From the NCBI GenBank assembly GCA_963697585.1, contig CAVOOO010000009.1:28656-92655 (forward strand): a DNA stretch of 64,000 bases, read 5' to 3'. Position numbers and translations under genes: made by a program. The notes beneath the pieces are model-generated. The model worked only from the letters and a program-made list of their open reading frames with translations, was not told the origin of the DNA and made no database searches. Origin of the DNA: an uncultured Chloroflexia bacterium (GTDB lineage Bacteria > Chloroflexota > Dormibacteria > Aeolococcales > Aeolococcaceae). Shown here in pieces: positions 27,885-36,938 of this stretch; within the stretch, counting starts at the first letter, position 1, and the number at the start of each line of letters is the position of its first letter.

Positions 27885-28655
27885 GTGGAGGCGCTCCCGT
27901 CGTTTGGTCTCGAGGGGCAGGTCGCGCTGGTCACCGGGGCGGGCCGGGGATTGGGCCGAGCCATCGCCGTGGCCCTGGCGCATGCCGGCGCCGACGTGGC
28001 CGTGGGGCTGCGATCGCTGGGGACGGCGGCGGACGTGGTCGCGGCCGTCGAGGCGCAGGGGCGGCGATGCCTCCCGCTGGCGATGGACGTGCTCGATCTC
28101 GACCAGGTGCGCGCGGCGGTGGGGGAGGTGGCCTCCGAGATGGGGCGTCTCGACATCCTGGTCAACAACGCGGGCCTCGGCCCGTCGAACCTCGCCGTGG
28201 ACGTGACCGTCGAGGACTTCGACCTGACCGTCGACGTCAACCTCAAGGGGACGTTCTTCGCCAGCCAGGCTGCCGCTCGCATCATGATCCCGCAGGGGGT
28301 GGGGCGGATCGTCAACCTCAGCAGCCAGGCCGGGTTCGTGGCGCTGCCCACCGAGTCGGTGTACTGCATGACCAAGGCCGCCATCGCCCATCTGACCAAG
28401 TGCCTGGCCGTCGAGTGGGGCCAACATGGAATCACCGTCAACGGGGTGGCCCCCACCTTCATCCGCACCCCGGGCACCGCCGCGGCGCTGAGCGACCCCG
28501 CCTTCGAGCGCGACGTGACCGAGCGCATCGCCGCCCTGCACCGCATCGGCGAGCCGATGGACGTGGCCGGTGTGGTGGTCTTCCTCGCCTCGCCGGCCGC
28601 ATCGCTGATCACCGGCGAGACGATCCTCGTCGACGGTGGGTGGACCGCCCGCTGA
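27885..28655 (+). CDS. Short-chain dehydrogenase/reductase (SDR)
   Basis: ALVTGAGRGLG, DILVNNAG, YCMTK (YxxxK), VNGVAPTFIRT, ITGETILVDGG. Confidence 0.92.
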   Translation: MEALPSFGLEGQVALVTGAGRGLGRAIAVALAHAGADVAVGLRSLGTAADVVAAVEAQGRRCLPLAMDVLDLDQVRAAVGEVASEMGRLDILVNNAGLGPSNLAVDVTVEDFDLTVDVNLKGTFFASQAAARIMIPQGVGRIVNLSSQAGFVALPTESVYCMTKAAIAHLTKCLAVEWGQHGITVNGVAPTFIRTPGTAAALSDPAFERDVTERIAALHRIGEPMDVAGVVVFLASPAASLITGETILVDGGWTAR

Positions 28656-28720
28656 GGCGCCGGCTCAGAGTGGGCTGAGCACCCCGGCGAGCCGGCCGGA
28701 GGTCCCGCGCTCGACTCCCG

Positions 28721-29602
28721 TTACCCGTCGACGGCCAGCCAGCTGTAGATGGCGTCCAGCTCGCCGGCCTCGAGGATGTGGCCGTGGGGCAGCTCGTGAC
28801 GCTCGGAACCGGGGATTCGTGAGAGCAGCCATTCCGCGTGGCCGCGCGGGCAGAGCACGTCGTCGGGCCCGTACCAGATGCTCACCGGCACCGCGATGCC
28901 GACCGGATCGAAGCCCCACGGTCGGGTCATCGCGATGCAGTCGTCGATCCAGCCGTCCACGCCGTCGGTGTGGGCGGCGACGGTCCTCTCGAGGTGTCCG
29001 GGGTCGGCGATGCGCAACCGCAGTGCGGCCACGTCGGCCTCCGGCAGCGCGTAGTCGGTGGGGATCGACACCTCTCCCGCCCGGGCCGCATCCACCGCTT
29101 CCCGGGCGAGGCGCTCGACCAGCGGCCTGTAGGCGGCCTCCCCCTGGCGCGCCAGGGTGAACTCCTCGACGTTGCCCGGCGACATGCCGTCGAACCAGTT
29201 CAGGCCATCGGCGTCCTGAGGGGCGGGACCGACCACCGATGCGCAGCGCTCGACCCGCGCGGCCAGCAGGCTGGCGCAGGCGAGCGCATGCGGCCCGCCG
29301 CCCGACCCACCCCATACCGAGAAGCGCTCCCAGCCCTGCATCTCGACCAGCGCGGCCGCGTCCGCGACCACGTCCGCGATGCTCCGGCCCGGCCGGCGGG
29401 TGGAGGCTCCGTATCCGGGGCGCTCCAGGACCAGGAGCTGAACGCCGTGGCGCTCCACCGCATCGACCATCAGCGGGCCGAGATGGCGGGTTCCGGGGCT
29501 GCCGTAGTGGAACAGCACCGGGCGCCCGCCATCCGGTCCGTAGCGACTGAAGGCGACCCGCCGTCCGTCGAGGCTCTGAAACTCACCCGACCGCTCTGCC
29601 AT
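28721..29602 (-). CDS. Alpha/beta hydrolase
   Basis: LFHYGSPG, ERPGYGAS, nucleophile elbow GGSGGGP, RPWGFD, IWYGPDD, HGH. Confidence 0.88.
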   Translation of the reverse strand: MAERSGEFQSLDGRRVAFSRYGPDGGRPVLFHYGSPGTRHLGPLMVDAVERHGVQLLVLERPGYGASTRRPGRSIADVVADAAALVEMQGWERFSVWGGSGGGPHALACASLLAARVERCASVVGPAPQDADGLNWFDGMSPGNVEEFTLARQGEAAYRPLVERLAREAVDAARAGEVSIPTDYALPEADVAALRLRIADPGHLERTVAAHTDGVDGWIDDCIAMTRPWGFDPVGIAVPVSIWYGPDDVLCPRGHAEWLLSRIPGSERHELPHGHILEAGELDAIYSWLAVDG

Positions 29603-29662
29603 CGGATGCATTCTTCCAGCCTCGGCGGGTTCGAGGGTGCGGGTCGTCCTGCCGGCTCTGGT

Positions 29663-30166
29663 TCAGCCCGCGAGCAGCTGCTCGAGCTTCTCGAGCTGCT
29701 CGGACCAGCCCTGCTCGGCTCCGCCCAGCGCCTCGGCGGGAGGCATCGGCTCGAAGTAGGACTGGCGGATGGTGAGCGCGGTGCCGCCCGCGCTGGCCTC
29801 GAAGGTCGCCTCGATGAGCGTGGCGAAGAGCTCGCCCTGCTCGTTGTTGAAGGCTCGGCCGCTCATCACGAGCCGCTTCGGACGGTCGATCTCGTAGTAC
29901 TCGCCACCCATGTGGTGGGAGAACTGCTCCTCGGTGGGGATCGATCCCGGCCACTCCATGGCCAGCCGGTAGGTCCCGCCGACGCGCAGGTCGACCTCCG
30001 CGGCGGGGCAGCTGAAGCCCTTGGGCCACCACCACCTCTTGAGCTGCTCGGGGTCGGTGAAGGCGTCGAAGACACGCTCCGGCGAGGCCTTGATGGTGCG
30101 CTCGAGGAGCAGCTGCCTGGTGGGGGTCACGGAGCGGAGATCGACGGCGGTGTGGGTCTCAGGCAT
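29663..30166 (-). CDS. SRPBCC/AHSA1-like (START fold) protein
   Basis: ASPERVFDAFTDPEQLKRWW, DLRVGGTYR, EQGWSEQLEKL. Confidence 0.88.
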   Translation of the reverse strand: MPETHTAVDLRSVTPTRQLLLERTIKASPERVFDAFTDPEQLKRWWWPKGFSCPAAEVDLRVGGTYRLAMEWPGSIPTEEQFSHHMGGEYYEIDRPKRLVMSGRAFNNEQGELFATLIEATFEASAGGTALTIRQSYFEPMPPAEALGGAEQGWSEQLEKLEQLLAG

Positions 30167-30515
30167 GTGGGTTCTCCCTGGGGTTGGTTGCATCCGGTTG
30201 GGCGGCGAGATGGGCCTCGAGACGGTCGAGGCGGTCTGACCATTCGAGATGAGCGCGCCGGAGCCAGTCGTCCACGGGGATCAGGCCCTCGGGCTGAAGA
30301 CTCGCCGGGCGGCGCTGACCGTCGCGGCCCCGGTCGATGAGCCCGGCGCGCTCCAGCACCTTGAGGTGCTTGGTGATGGCCGGCTGCGTGAGCGTGGAGG
30401 CGTTGGCCAGCTCGACGACCCCGGCCTCGCCGGCCCGGAGACGCTCCAGGATGGCCCGGCGGGTGGGGTCGGCCAGGGCGGCGAAGGCGCGGCTCAGAGG
30501 ATCATCGATAGTCAT
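30159..30515 (-). CDS. ArsR/SmtB family regulator coupled to the SRPBCC gene
   Basis: FAALADPTRRAILERL, TQPAITKHLKVLERAGLI, WSDRLDRLE; overlaps the SRPBCC start. Confidence 0.9.
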   Translation of the reverse strand: MTIDDPLSRAFAALADPTRRAILERLRAGEAGVVELANASTLTQPAITKHLKVLERAGLIDRGRDGQRRPASLQPEGLIPVDDWLRRAHLEWSDRLDRLEAHLAAQPDATNPRENPHA

Positions 30516-30551
30516 AACCGTCAGGTTATATAGCTAGTCGGTAATTGTCAA
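30514..30551 (-). promoter_or_regulatory. Housekeeping-type promoter TTGACA-N17-TAACCT with overlapping operator ATAACC-N4-GGTTAT; probably leaderless
   Basis: -35 at 30546-30551, -10 at 30523-30528; perfect dyad 30514-30529 touches the ATG. Confidence 0.75.
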
Positions 30552-30632
30552 CCCCGGGGACCTGCCGCTGGGGGATCCGTCGGGCGAGGCGTGGACGTCC
30601 AGGCCGATGCGAGGGTGCGCCTTCCTCCCCGC

Positions 30633-31628
30633 CTACATCCGGGCGGAGAGCCAGGCGGTGATGCCGGCGCTGGCGTCCGGGTCCAGGAAGGCGTCCGGCG
30701 CGTTGTACCCGGCCATGGCCTCGGCCTGCGCCAGCTCGCGGCGCGGCCTCGGCTCATGCTTGAGGACGTGGTTGGCGTCCTCGGGGAAGAGGAACGTGAT
30801 CGCCGCTCGACCGGCGGCCGCTCGCTGCAGCGGGTCGCCGTCCGCCCGCCAGTCGACCTGGAGGTCCTTCTTGCCGATGACGACGAGGACGGGCACCGAC
30901 ACCTGGGCCAGCAGGCTGGCGGCGTCGGCGGTCCAGAGCTCGCGGGAGAACGGGAGATTGGCGGGGGTCTGGAGGGCCTGCACCAGCAGCCTGACCCCCT
31001 CGGGGAGAGCGGGATCGGGCAGCGCTGGTTCCCCGGCGAGGAACCGGGCGACGGCCGCGTCGTAGAGGGCCAGCAGCGCCTCGCCGTTCGGGATCCCCGC
31101 CGCCTGGGCGGCCAGCTGGGAGCGCGTGACGACGCCCACCGCGCGGCCGGGCGGACCGGCGAGGATGAGGCCGGCCAGCGGGAGGCCCGGGCTGCCCAGC
31201 TGGTAGTTGAGGGCGTGGAGGGTGCCCTCGCTGTTGCCCAGCGCGAAGAGCCGGTCGTCCCGAACCCAGTCCTCAGCCACCAGGGTGCGAACCGCGCCGG
31301 TCAGCTCGTCGACGTGGCTCTGCATCGTGATCTTCCCGATCAGCTGAGGGATGGTCTCGCGGACGTGTGGCCCCGAGGCCCGCTTGTCGTAGCGCAGCGA
31401 TGCGAAGCCGGCCCGTCCCAGCAGCTCGGCCAGCAGGCGGCCGCTGCCGTTGGACCCCGGGAGGAGGGGCGAGTCCCAATCCCGGTCGGTCGGGCCGCTG
31501 CCCGCCACCAGCACGACGCCGGGAAACGGACCGGCACCGGGCGGCCGCACCACGGTGCCGTGGACCGCGGTCGTTCCCAGGGCCCAGCTCACCTCCGAGC
31601 TCTCACCGAACGGCTCAGGAGCGGCCAT
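30633..31628 (-). CDS. Alpha/beta hydrolase (serine aminopeptidase S33-like)
   Basis: LVAGSGPTDRDW, LRYDKR, GNSEG nucleophile, VVIGKKDLQV, NHVLK. Confidence 0.85.
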   Translation of the reverse strand: MAAPEPFGESSEVSWALGTTAVHGTVVRPPGAGPFPGVVLVAGSGPTDRDWDSPLLPGSNGSGRLLAELLGRAGFASLRYDKRASGPHVRETIPQLIGKITMQSHVDELTGAVRTLVAEDWVRDDRLFALGNSEGTLHALNYQLGSPGLPLAGLILAGPPGRAVGVVTRSQLAAQAAGIPNGEALLALYDAAVARFLAGEPALPDPALPEGVRLLVQALQTPANLPFSRELWTADAASLLAQVSVPVLVVIGKKDLQVDWRADGDPLQRAAAGRAAITFLFPEDANHVLKHEPRPRRELAQAEAMAGYNAPDAFLDPDASAGITAWLSARM

Positions 31629-31665
31629 CCCTCAGTTCCTCCGTCTCAGCCGGCCCCGGCGATCA

Positions 31666-31699
31666 TTACCATGATTGGTAACGATACCAGATCTGATAA
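31666..31699. promoter_or_regulatory. Tandem operator-like dyads TTACCA-N4-TGGTAA and ATACCA-N4-TGATAA
   Basis: One perfect dyad and one 2-mismatch copy between the divergent hydrolase and HTH genes. Confidence 0.6.
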
Positions 31700-31718
31700 A
31701 AGTTGCTAGGATGCGGCG

Positions 31719-32273
31719 GTGGTCAAGGCCAATCTGCTTCTCCATCCGATCCGGCTCCGGATCATCCAGGCATTCCTGGGCGACCGCGCGCTCACCACCG
31801 GCCAGCTCGCCACCGAGCTGCCCGATGTGCCGCCCGGGAGCCTGTACCGCCACGTCGGCCTGCTGGTGAGCGCCGGAGTCCTTAGCGTGGCCTCCGAGCA
31901 CCGGGTGCGCGGCGCCGTGGAGCGCAGCTACGTCCTCCAGGTGGCCGCGGCCGAGGGGGACGCCGCCATGAGCGCCGAGGAGCACCGCCGGGCATTCATG
32001 GCCTTCGTCGCGGGCTTGCTCGCCGACTTCGACCGCTATCTCGAGCTGGGGGAGCCCGACCTCGCCCGCGACGGCGCCGGCTATCGCATGGCCGCGCTCT
32101 GGCTCTCGGACGCGGAGCTCGCCGAGCTCCTCCGTGAGCTGGCCACGGTGCTCGAGCCCCGCATGGGGAACGCGGCCGCGCCGGGGCGGCGCCGGCGCAT
32201 CGTGGCCGGGACCCTGATGCCCGTCACCGCGCCCGCGGCGGCGCGGGGGCGGCGACCCACGAGAGCGCGCTGA
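31719..32273 (+). CDS. ArsR-like helix-turn-helix regulator with C-terminal extension
   Basis: LLLHPIRLRII, LTTGQLATELPDVPPGSLYRHVGLL, RGAVERSY; TAGGAT 6 nt before the GTG. Confidence 0.82.
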   Translation: MVKANLLLHPIRLRIIQAFLGDRALTTGQLATELPDVPPGSLYRHVGLLVSAGVLSVASEHRVRGAVERSYVLQVAAAEGDAAMSAEEHRRAFMAFVAGLLADFDRYLELGEPDLARDGAGYRMAALWLSDAELAELLRELATVLEPRMGNAAAPGRRRRIVAGTLMPVTAPAAARGRRPTRAR

Positions 32274-32315
32274 CCGGCCGAGGCTGGCGATCCCCGCTCC
32301 CGCGAAGGTTGGCGG

Positions 32316-32948
32316 ATGACGGCGGCACTCCTGGGATTCGCGCTGGCCGCGACCCTCCTGATCCTGGCTCCCGGGCCGGACAGCATGCTGGTGATGCGCA
32401 ACTCTCTGCGCGGGGGGCGGCGGGTCGGGTGGTGCACCGCCGCGGGCACCATCACCGGGCTGCTCTGCTGGGCTCTGGCCGCGGCCTTCGGCCTCGCCTC
32501 GCTGCTCGCGGCCAGCCGGGTCGGGTACGACCTGCTGCGCTTCGCGGGCGCCGCCTACCTGATCTGGCTGGGCGCCACCAGCCTCTGGCCCCGCCGCCGG
32601 GCCCGGGATGGAGGTGCGAGCGAGCCCCGCGACCCCGTGGCGGTGGTGGGGTGGCGCCGCGGGTTCGCCAACGGCGTGATCTCCAACCTCTGCAATCCGA
32701 AGGTGGGGGCGTTCTTCGTGGCCTTCCTCCCCGCCTTCATCCCCGCCGGGGTCCCGGTCCGTGAGTTCTCGTTCCTGCTCGGGGCCTGGTTCACCGTGGA
32801 GACGGCCGTCTGGCTGGGGACGGTGGTGTGGCTGGTGGGTCGTGGCGTCGGCTGGCTGAGCCGCTCACGCGTCCAGCGGGTGCTGGAGAGGATCACCGGC
32901 CTCGTGCTGATCGGGCTCGGCCTCCGGCTCGCCACCGAGAGCCGCTGA
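32316..32948 (+). CDS. LysE/RhtB family translocator
   Basis: LAPGPDSMLV, LRFAGAAYLIWLG, SNLCNPKVGAFF, ERITGLVLIGLG. Confidence 0.92.
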   Translation: MTAALLGFALAATLLILAPGPDSMLVMRNSLRGGRRVGWCTAAGTITGLLCWALAAAFGLASLLAASRVGYDLLRFAGAAYLIWLGATSLWPRRRARDGGASEPRDPVAVVGWRRGFANGVISNLCNPKVGAFFVAFLPAFIPAGVPVREFSFLLGAWFTVETAVWLGTVVWLVGRGVGWLSRSRVQRVLERITGLVLIGLGLRLATESR

Positions 32949-33023
32949 CGGCTCCGGCCGCCGCGACGCCCGTCGCGGGCCACGGCCGTGGCCCACCGCC
33001 GCGCGCGCCGGGTGAGCCCTCGG

Positions 33024-34613
33024 TCATCTCCGTCCCGGCGCCCGCAGCAGGGCGCGCATCGCGAGGGTCATCGCCCTCGCGTACGTCCCCTGGGAGACCA
33101 GGTGAGGCGCCGCCAGAGGAAGCCCGCGCTGCACCGCCACGGTCTGGGCGTCGGTGTACTTGAGGAGACCGTTCTCTCCGTGGCGGCTGCCCACGCCGGA
33201 GTCCTTCCACCCACCCATCGGCGCGTCGACGGAAGCCCAGCTGGCTGCGTACGCCTCGTTCACATTCACGCTCCCCGCCTCCAGCCGGCCGGCGATCTCG
33301 CGACCCCTGGCGAGATCGCGGGTCCAGACCGAGAAGCTGAGCCCGTAGTTGCTGTCGTTGGCCCGCTCGATCGCCTCGTCCGGGCCGCTCACGCGGTAGA
33401 GAGAGATCACGGGTCCGAAGGTCTCCTCGGCGTACAGCGCCATCTCCGGCGTCGTGTCGGTGAGGATGGTCGGCTCGTAGAAGTAGGGGCCGAGGTCAGG
33501 CCGCGCCCGGCCACCGGCGAGGAGCGTGGCGCCCCTGGCGATGGCGTCGTCCACGTGGCCGGTCACGCTGGCCAGCTGGCCAGCGGAGGCGAGGCACCCC
33601 AGGTCGGCCCCGTAGTCGAGCGCATGCCCGATTCGGAGCGCCCTGGTCGCCGCGACGAAGCGTCTGGTGAACCTCTCCCAGACCTCGGCTGCCACGTACA
33701 TCCGCTCCATGGAGATGCACAGCTGGCCGGTGTTCGAGAACGCGGCACGGACCGCTCCCGACGCCGCCCTGCCGACATCCGCATCGGCCAGGATGAGGAT
33801 GGCGTTCTTCCCGCCGAGCTCCATCGAGTAGCTGATCAGCCGCTCGGCCGCCTGGGTGGCGACACCCCGACCGACCCGGGTGCTGCCGGTGAACATCACG
33901 AAGTCGCTGAGCGCGATCACACTCGAGCCGAGCTCCCGGCCCGGGCCGACGACGACCTGGAGCAGGCCGGGCGGCAGTCCCGCCTCTTCGAGCAGCTCCG
34001 CCGCGAAGAGCGCCGAGTAGGGCGTCTTGGTGTCCGGCTTGGCGAGGACGGCGTTGCCGGCGACGAGGGCGGGCAGGGCATCGGTGATGCCCAGGGTGAG
34101 TGGGTAGTTCCACGGCGAGATCACCCCGACCAGACCCTTGGGGCGGTGGTGCTCCGAGGTCTGGGTGAGCATCGGGAGGGCGCCCGCCCGCCGGTGCGGC
34201 CGGAGAAGCGACGGGGCGGTCCGCGCGTAGTACCGGCAGACCTGCGCCACATCGACGACCTCCTCGAAGGCGTCCCGGCGCGCCTTGCCGTTCTCCAGCT
34301 GGATGATGTCCAGCAGCTCGGCCTGGCGGTCGAGCACCAGCGTGGCGAGGCGGGACAGCACCTCCGCCCGGTCGGTCACGGGCACGCGGGCCCACTGGCG
34401 CTGTGCGCTGCGGCCGGCCTCGGCCGCGGCCGCCAGATCGTCGGGCGTGCTGTGCGGCACCTCGCCCAGCACGGTGCCGGTGGCCGGCATCTCGATGGGG
34501 ATCGGCTCGGCCCGGCCGCTCGCCGCCACCCGGGCCGCCAGCCGGTCCAGGAACTCGGGGGTGATCCGCGGACCGAGCGGGCTCGCCCCGCTGCGCAGGC
34601 GCATCCTCGCCAT
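33024..34613 (-). CDS. NAD(P)-dependent aldehyde dehydrogenase, succinic semialdehyde dehydrogenase-like
   Basis: ISPWNYP, FTGST, MELGGKN, GQLCIS (catalytic Cys), EETFGP, GGWKDSG. Confidence 0.9.
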   Translation of the reverse strand: MARMRLRSGASPLGPRITPEFLDRLAARVAASGRAEPIPIEMPATGTVLGEVPHSTPDDLAAAAEAGRSAQRQWARVPVTDRAEVLSRLATLVLDRQAELLDIIQLENGKARRDAFEEVVDVAQVCRYYARTAPSLLRPHRRAGALPMLTQTSEHHRPKGLVGVISPWNYPLTLGITDALPALVAGNAVLAKPDTKTPYSALFAAELLEEAGLPPGLLQVVVGPGRELGSSVIALSDFVMFTGSTRVGRGVATQAAERLISYSMELGGKNAILILADADVGRAASGAVRAAFSNTGQLCISMERMYVAAEVWERFTRRFVAATRALRIGHALDYGADLGCLASAGQLASVTGHVDDAIARGATLLAGGRARPDLGPYFYEPTILTDTTPEMALYAEETFGPVISLYRVSGPDEAIERANDSNYGLSFSVWTRDLARGREIAGRLEAGSVNVNEAYAASWASVDAPMGGWKDSGVGSRHGENGLLKYTDAQTVAVQRGLPLAAPHLVSQGTYARAMTLAMRALLRAPGRR

Positions 34614-34723
34614 CGGCGGGATTATCGCAGCGGCGCCGATGCCGTCTCTGGTCCCCCGCGACGATACGATGCGACAGTGGGCGGCCCCACTCGGCGGCGG
34701 CGGCATCGAGGGAGCGGGGAGCG

Positions 34724-35299
34724 ATGGGCAGGGTTGTGGTGTCCGAGTTCATCACCCTGGACGGGGTCTACCAGGACCCCGGCGGGGTCGGGGAGATCGA
34801 TGCAGGCGGCTGGGCGTTCCGTTTCGAGCGGGGCCCGGAGGGGGACCGCTTCAAGCTCGACGAGGTGATGGCGGCCGGGGCGCTGCTGCTGGGCCGGGTC
34901 ACCTACGAGGGCTTTGCCAAGGCCTGGCCCACCATGCCCCGCGACGAGGCCGGGTTCGCCGACCGGATGAACAGCCTGCCCAAGTACGTGGTCTCGACAG
35001 CCCTCGTCGACCCGGCCTGGAACAACTCCACAGTGCTCCGCGGCGACCTCGCCGAGGCGGTGGACGGGCTGAGGAAGGAGATCGACGGCGACATCCTGGT
35101 GAATGGCAGCGGCGAGGTGGTGCGGGCGCTTCTGGATCACGACCTGGTCGATGAGCTCCGGCTGATGCTCTTTCCGATCGTGCTGGGTGCCGGCAAGCGG
35201 CTCTTCGGAGAGTCGGCGAGACCGGCCACGCTGCGCCCCCTCACCACGACCAGGTCGGGAGATTGCGTGATCCTCACCTTCGAGCGCCCGCGACCCTGA
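34724..35299 (+). CDS. Dihydrofolate reductase-like (RibD C-terminal domain) protein
   Basis: EFITLDGVYQDPGG, LLLGRVTYEGF, LPKYVVS, LVDELRL, GAGKRLF. Confidence 0.9.
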   Translation: MGRVVVSEFITLDGVYQDPGGVGEIDAGGWAFRFERGPEGDRFKLDEVMAAGALLLGRVTYEGFAKAWPTMPRDEAGFADRMNSLPKYVVSTALVDPAWNNSTVLRGDLAEAVDGLRKEIDGDILVNGSGEVVRALLDHDLVDELRLMLFPIVLGAGKRLFGESARPATLRPLTTTRSGDCVILTFERPRP

Positions 35300-35380
35300 A
35301 CCCGGTGGTGGTGATCGCGGTCGGGCGCTGCCGACGGCGGCGGTTACGAGCCGGCCGCTGTCACCGGCGTCGCCGTGGGA

Positions 35381-36643
35381 TCAGACAGAGATCACCTTGC
35401 TCCGCCGCCGGCCCCGCCCCGCCGGGATCAGGGCCGTCACCAGGATGGCGAGAGCGATGGTGGCGATCGCCGAGGCCGCCATCGTGCCCCGAGCACCCCA
35501 CAGGCTCACGGCCGGCCCGCCGATCAGCATCCCGATGGGCACCACTCCGTTGGCGACGCCGCTCCAGGCCACCGCGCTCGAGGTGAGCTCCGGGCCCGAG
35601 AACTCCTTCTGCAGCAGGGTGGTGGAGGCCGCGGGATACGGTGCGTAGATGATGCCGCCGGCGGCGATCGCGATGAGGATGACGACCAGCTGGTCGGTGG
35701 CCGCCAGCAGGAGGAGGGCCAGCCCCCATCCGGCCACGACCGCGACGGCGAAACGTCGCAGGTTGGTGATCGTCCGGGTCCCCGCGGCCAGCCCCCCGAT
35801 CAGCGCCCCGACGCCGAAGGCCGCCCAGATGGCGCCCAGCAGCCCCGGGCCCGAGCGCAGATCGTGGCGCACCAGGATGGGGATCGCGGTCTCGACCGGT
35901 CCATAGAAGCCGTAGAAGACGAAGGTGAGACCGAGCAGCCAGGCCACCGTCGGTCGAGCCAGCAGACCGCGCAGACCCAGGCCGCGCGCCGCCGGTGGCG
36001 CCTCACCGGCGCCGGGCCCGACCCCGGCAGCACCCGGGACCACCGACACCGCCAGGAGCAGGACCGCGTAGCTGGCGGCGGCCAGGAAGACGACGATGGG
36101 GGCGCCGAGAAGGGCGACCAGGACGCCGCCGATCCCAGGGCCGATGACGGTCAGTGACACCTGACCAACGGCCTGCACCAGGGAGTTGGCGGCGAACCGG
36201 CTCTCGGCGTTGACACGGGAGCCGATCAGGGAGATGACGCCCCCGCTGCCGAAGGTGAGGAAGAGTGACGCGACCGCCAGCAGGGCGATGTATCCGGCGA
36301 GATCGAGCCTGCCCAGGAGCTGGAGGCTGCCGATCGCGCTGAGCCCCAGCAGCCGCAGCCCGCCATCGAGCGCGACGAGGATGCGCGGGTCGAACCGATG
36401 GACCCAGCGTCCCGCCACCAGCCCGAACAGCGCGCCGGGGAGCAGGTAGGCGGCGAGGGAGAAGCCCACCGCGTAGGGACGCTGGTTGAGCGGGGCCAGC
36501 TCGGTCGCCAGCCAGGCGACGGCGACGGAGCCGGCACCGTTGCCGAGTGCGCTGGCGCCGTAACCCACCATGAGGCGGCGCACGGCCGGGGACTCCAGCG
36601 CTCGCCGGTAGGGCGCGAGATTGCTCAGGAGGCGGGTCGCCAC
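35381..36643 (-). CDS. MFS transporter
   Basis: About 12 hydrophobic segments, IGPGIGGVLV, GPGLLGAIWAAFGVG; TAGTCT 6 nt before the GTG. Confidence 0.82.
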   Translation of the reverse strand: MATRLLSNLAPYRRALESPAVRRLMVGYGASALGNGAGSVAVAWLATELAPLNQRPYAVGFSLAAYLLPGALFGLVAGRWVHRFDPRILVALDGGLRLLGLSAIGSLQLLGRLDLAGYIALLAVASLFLTFGSGGVISLIGSRVNAESRFAANSLVQAVGQVSLTVIGPGIGGVLVALLGAPIVVFLAAASYAVLLLAVSVVPGAAGVGPGAGEAPPAARGLGLRGLLARPTVAWLLGLTFVFYGFYGPVETAIPILVRHDLRSGPGLLGAIWAAFGVGALIGGLAAGTRTITNLRRFAVAVVAGWGLALLLLAATDQLVVILIAIAAGGIIYAPYPAASTTLLQKEFSGPELTSSAVAWSGVANGVVPIGMLIGGPAVSLWGARGTMAASAIATIALAILVTALIPAGRGRRRSKVISV

Positions 36644-36829
36644 CGCCCGAGACTACGGATGTGGGCTGTCCTCTCGCAGCGCGGACGGGTGCCGGGCGCT
36701 CTCACATCGGCGGATCGGTGGGAGGGCGGGGCGCCTCGGATGGGGGCGGCCCGCAGCGCGCGCCCCGGCGCTGGGCCTCCCGGGGTGAACGGGCATGACG
36801 CCCGGCCGGCCCGCCCTGGCGCTCGTTGG

Positions 36830-36938
36830 ACCCACCCGGCGACCGTCAGCAGCGCGTCTCGGGGAACCCACCCGGCGATCGTCGGCAGCACGTTCCCCGG
36901 GGGACCCTACGTGGCGACGGTCAGCAGCACGTTCCCGG
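36830..36938. repeat. Three degenerate 36-38 bp tandem repeats; the third is the 3' end of the oxidoreductase gene
   Basis: ACCCACCCGGCGACCGTCAGCAGCGCGT (36830), ACCCACCCGGCGATCGTCGGCAGCACGT (36866), ACCCTACGTGGCGACGGTCAGCAGCACGT (36904). Confidence 0.7.

Noticed and set aside
36830-36938. Possible mini-CRISPR array
   Set aside because: Units are adjacent with no unique spacers, are degenerate, derive from a coding 3' end, and no cas genes are present.
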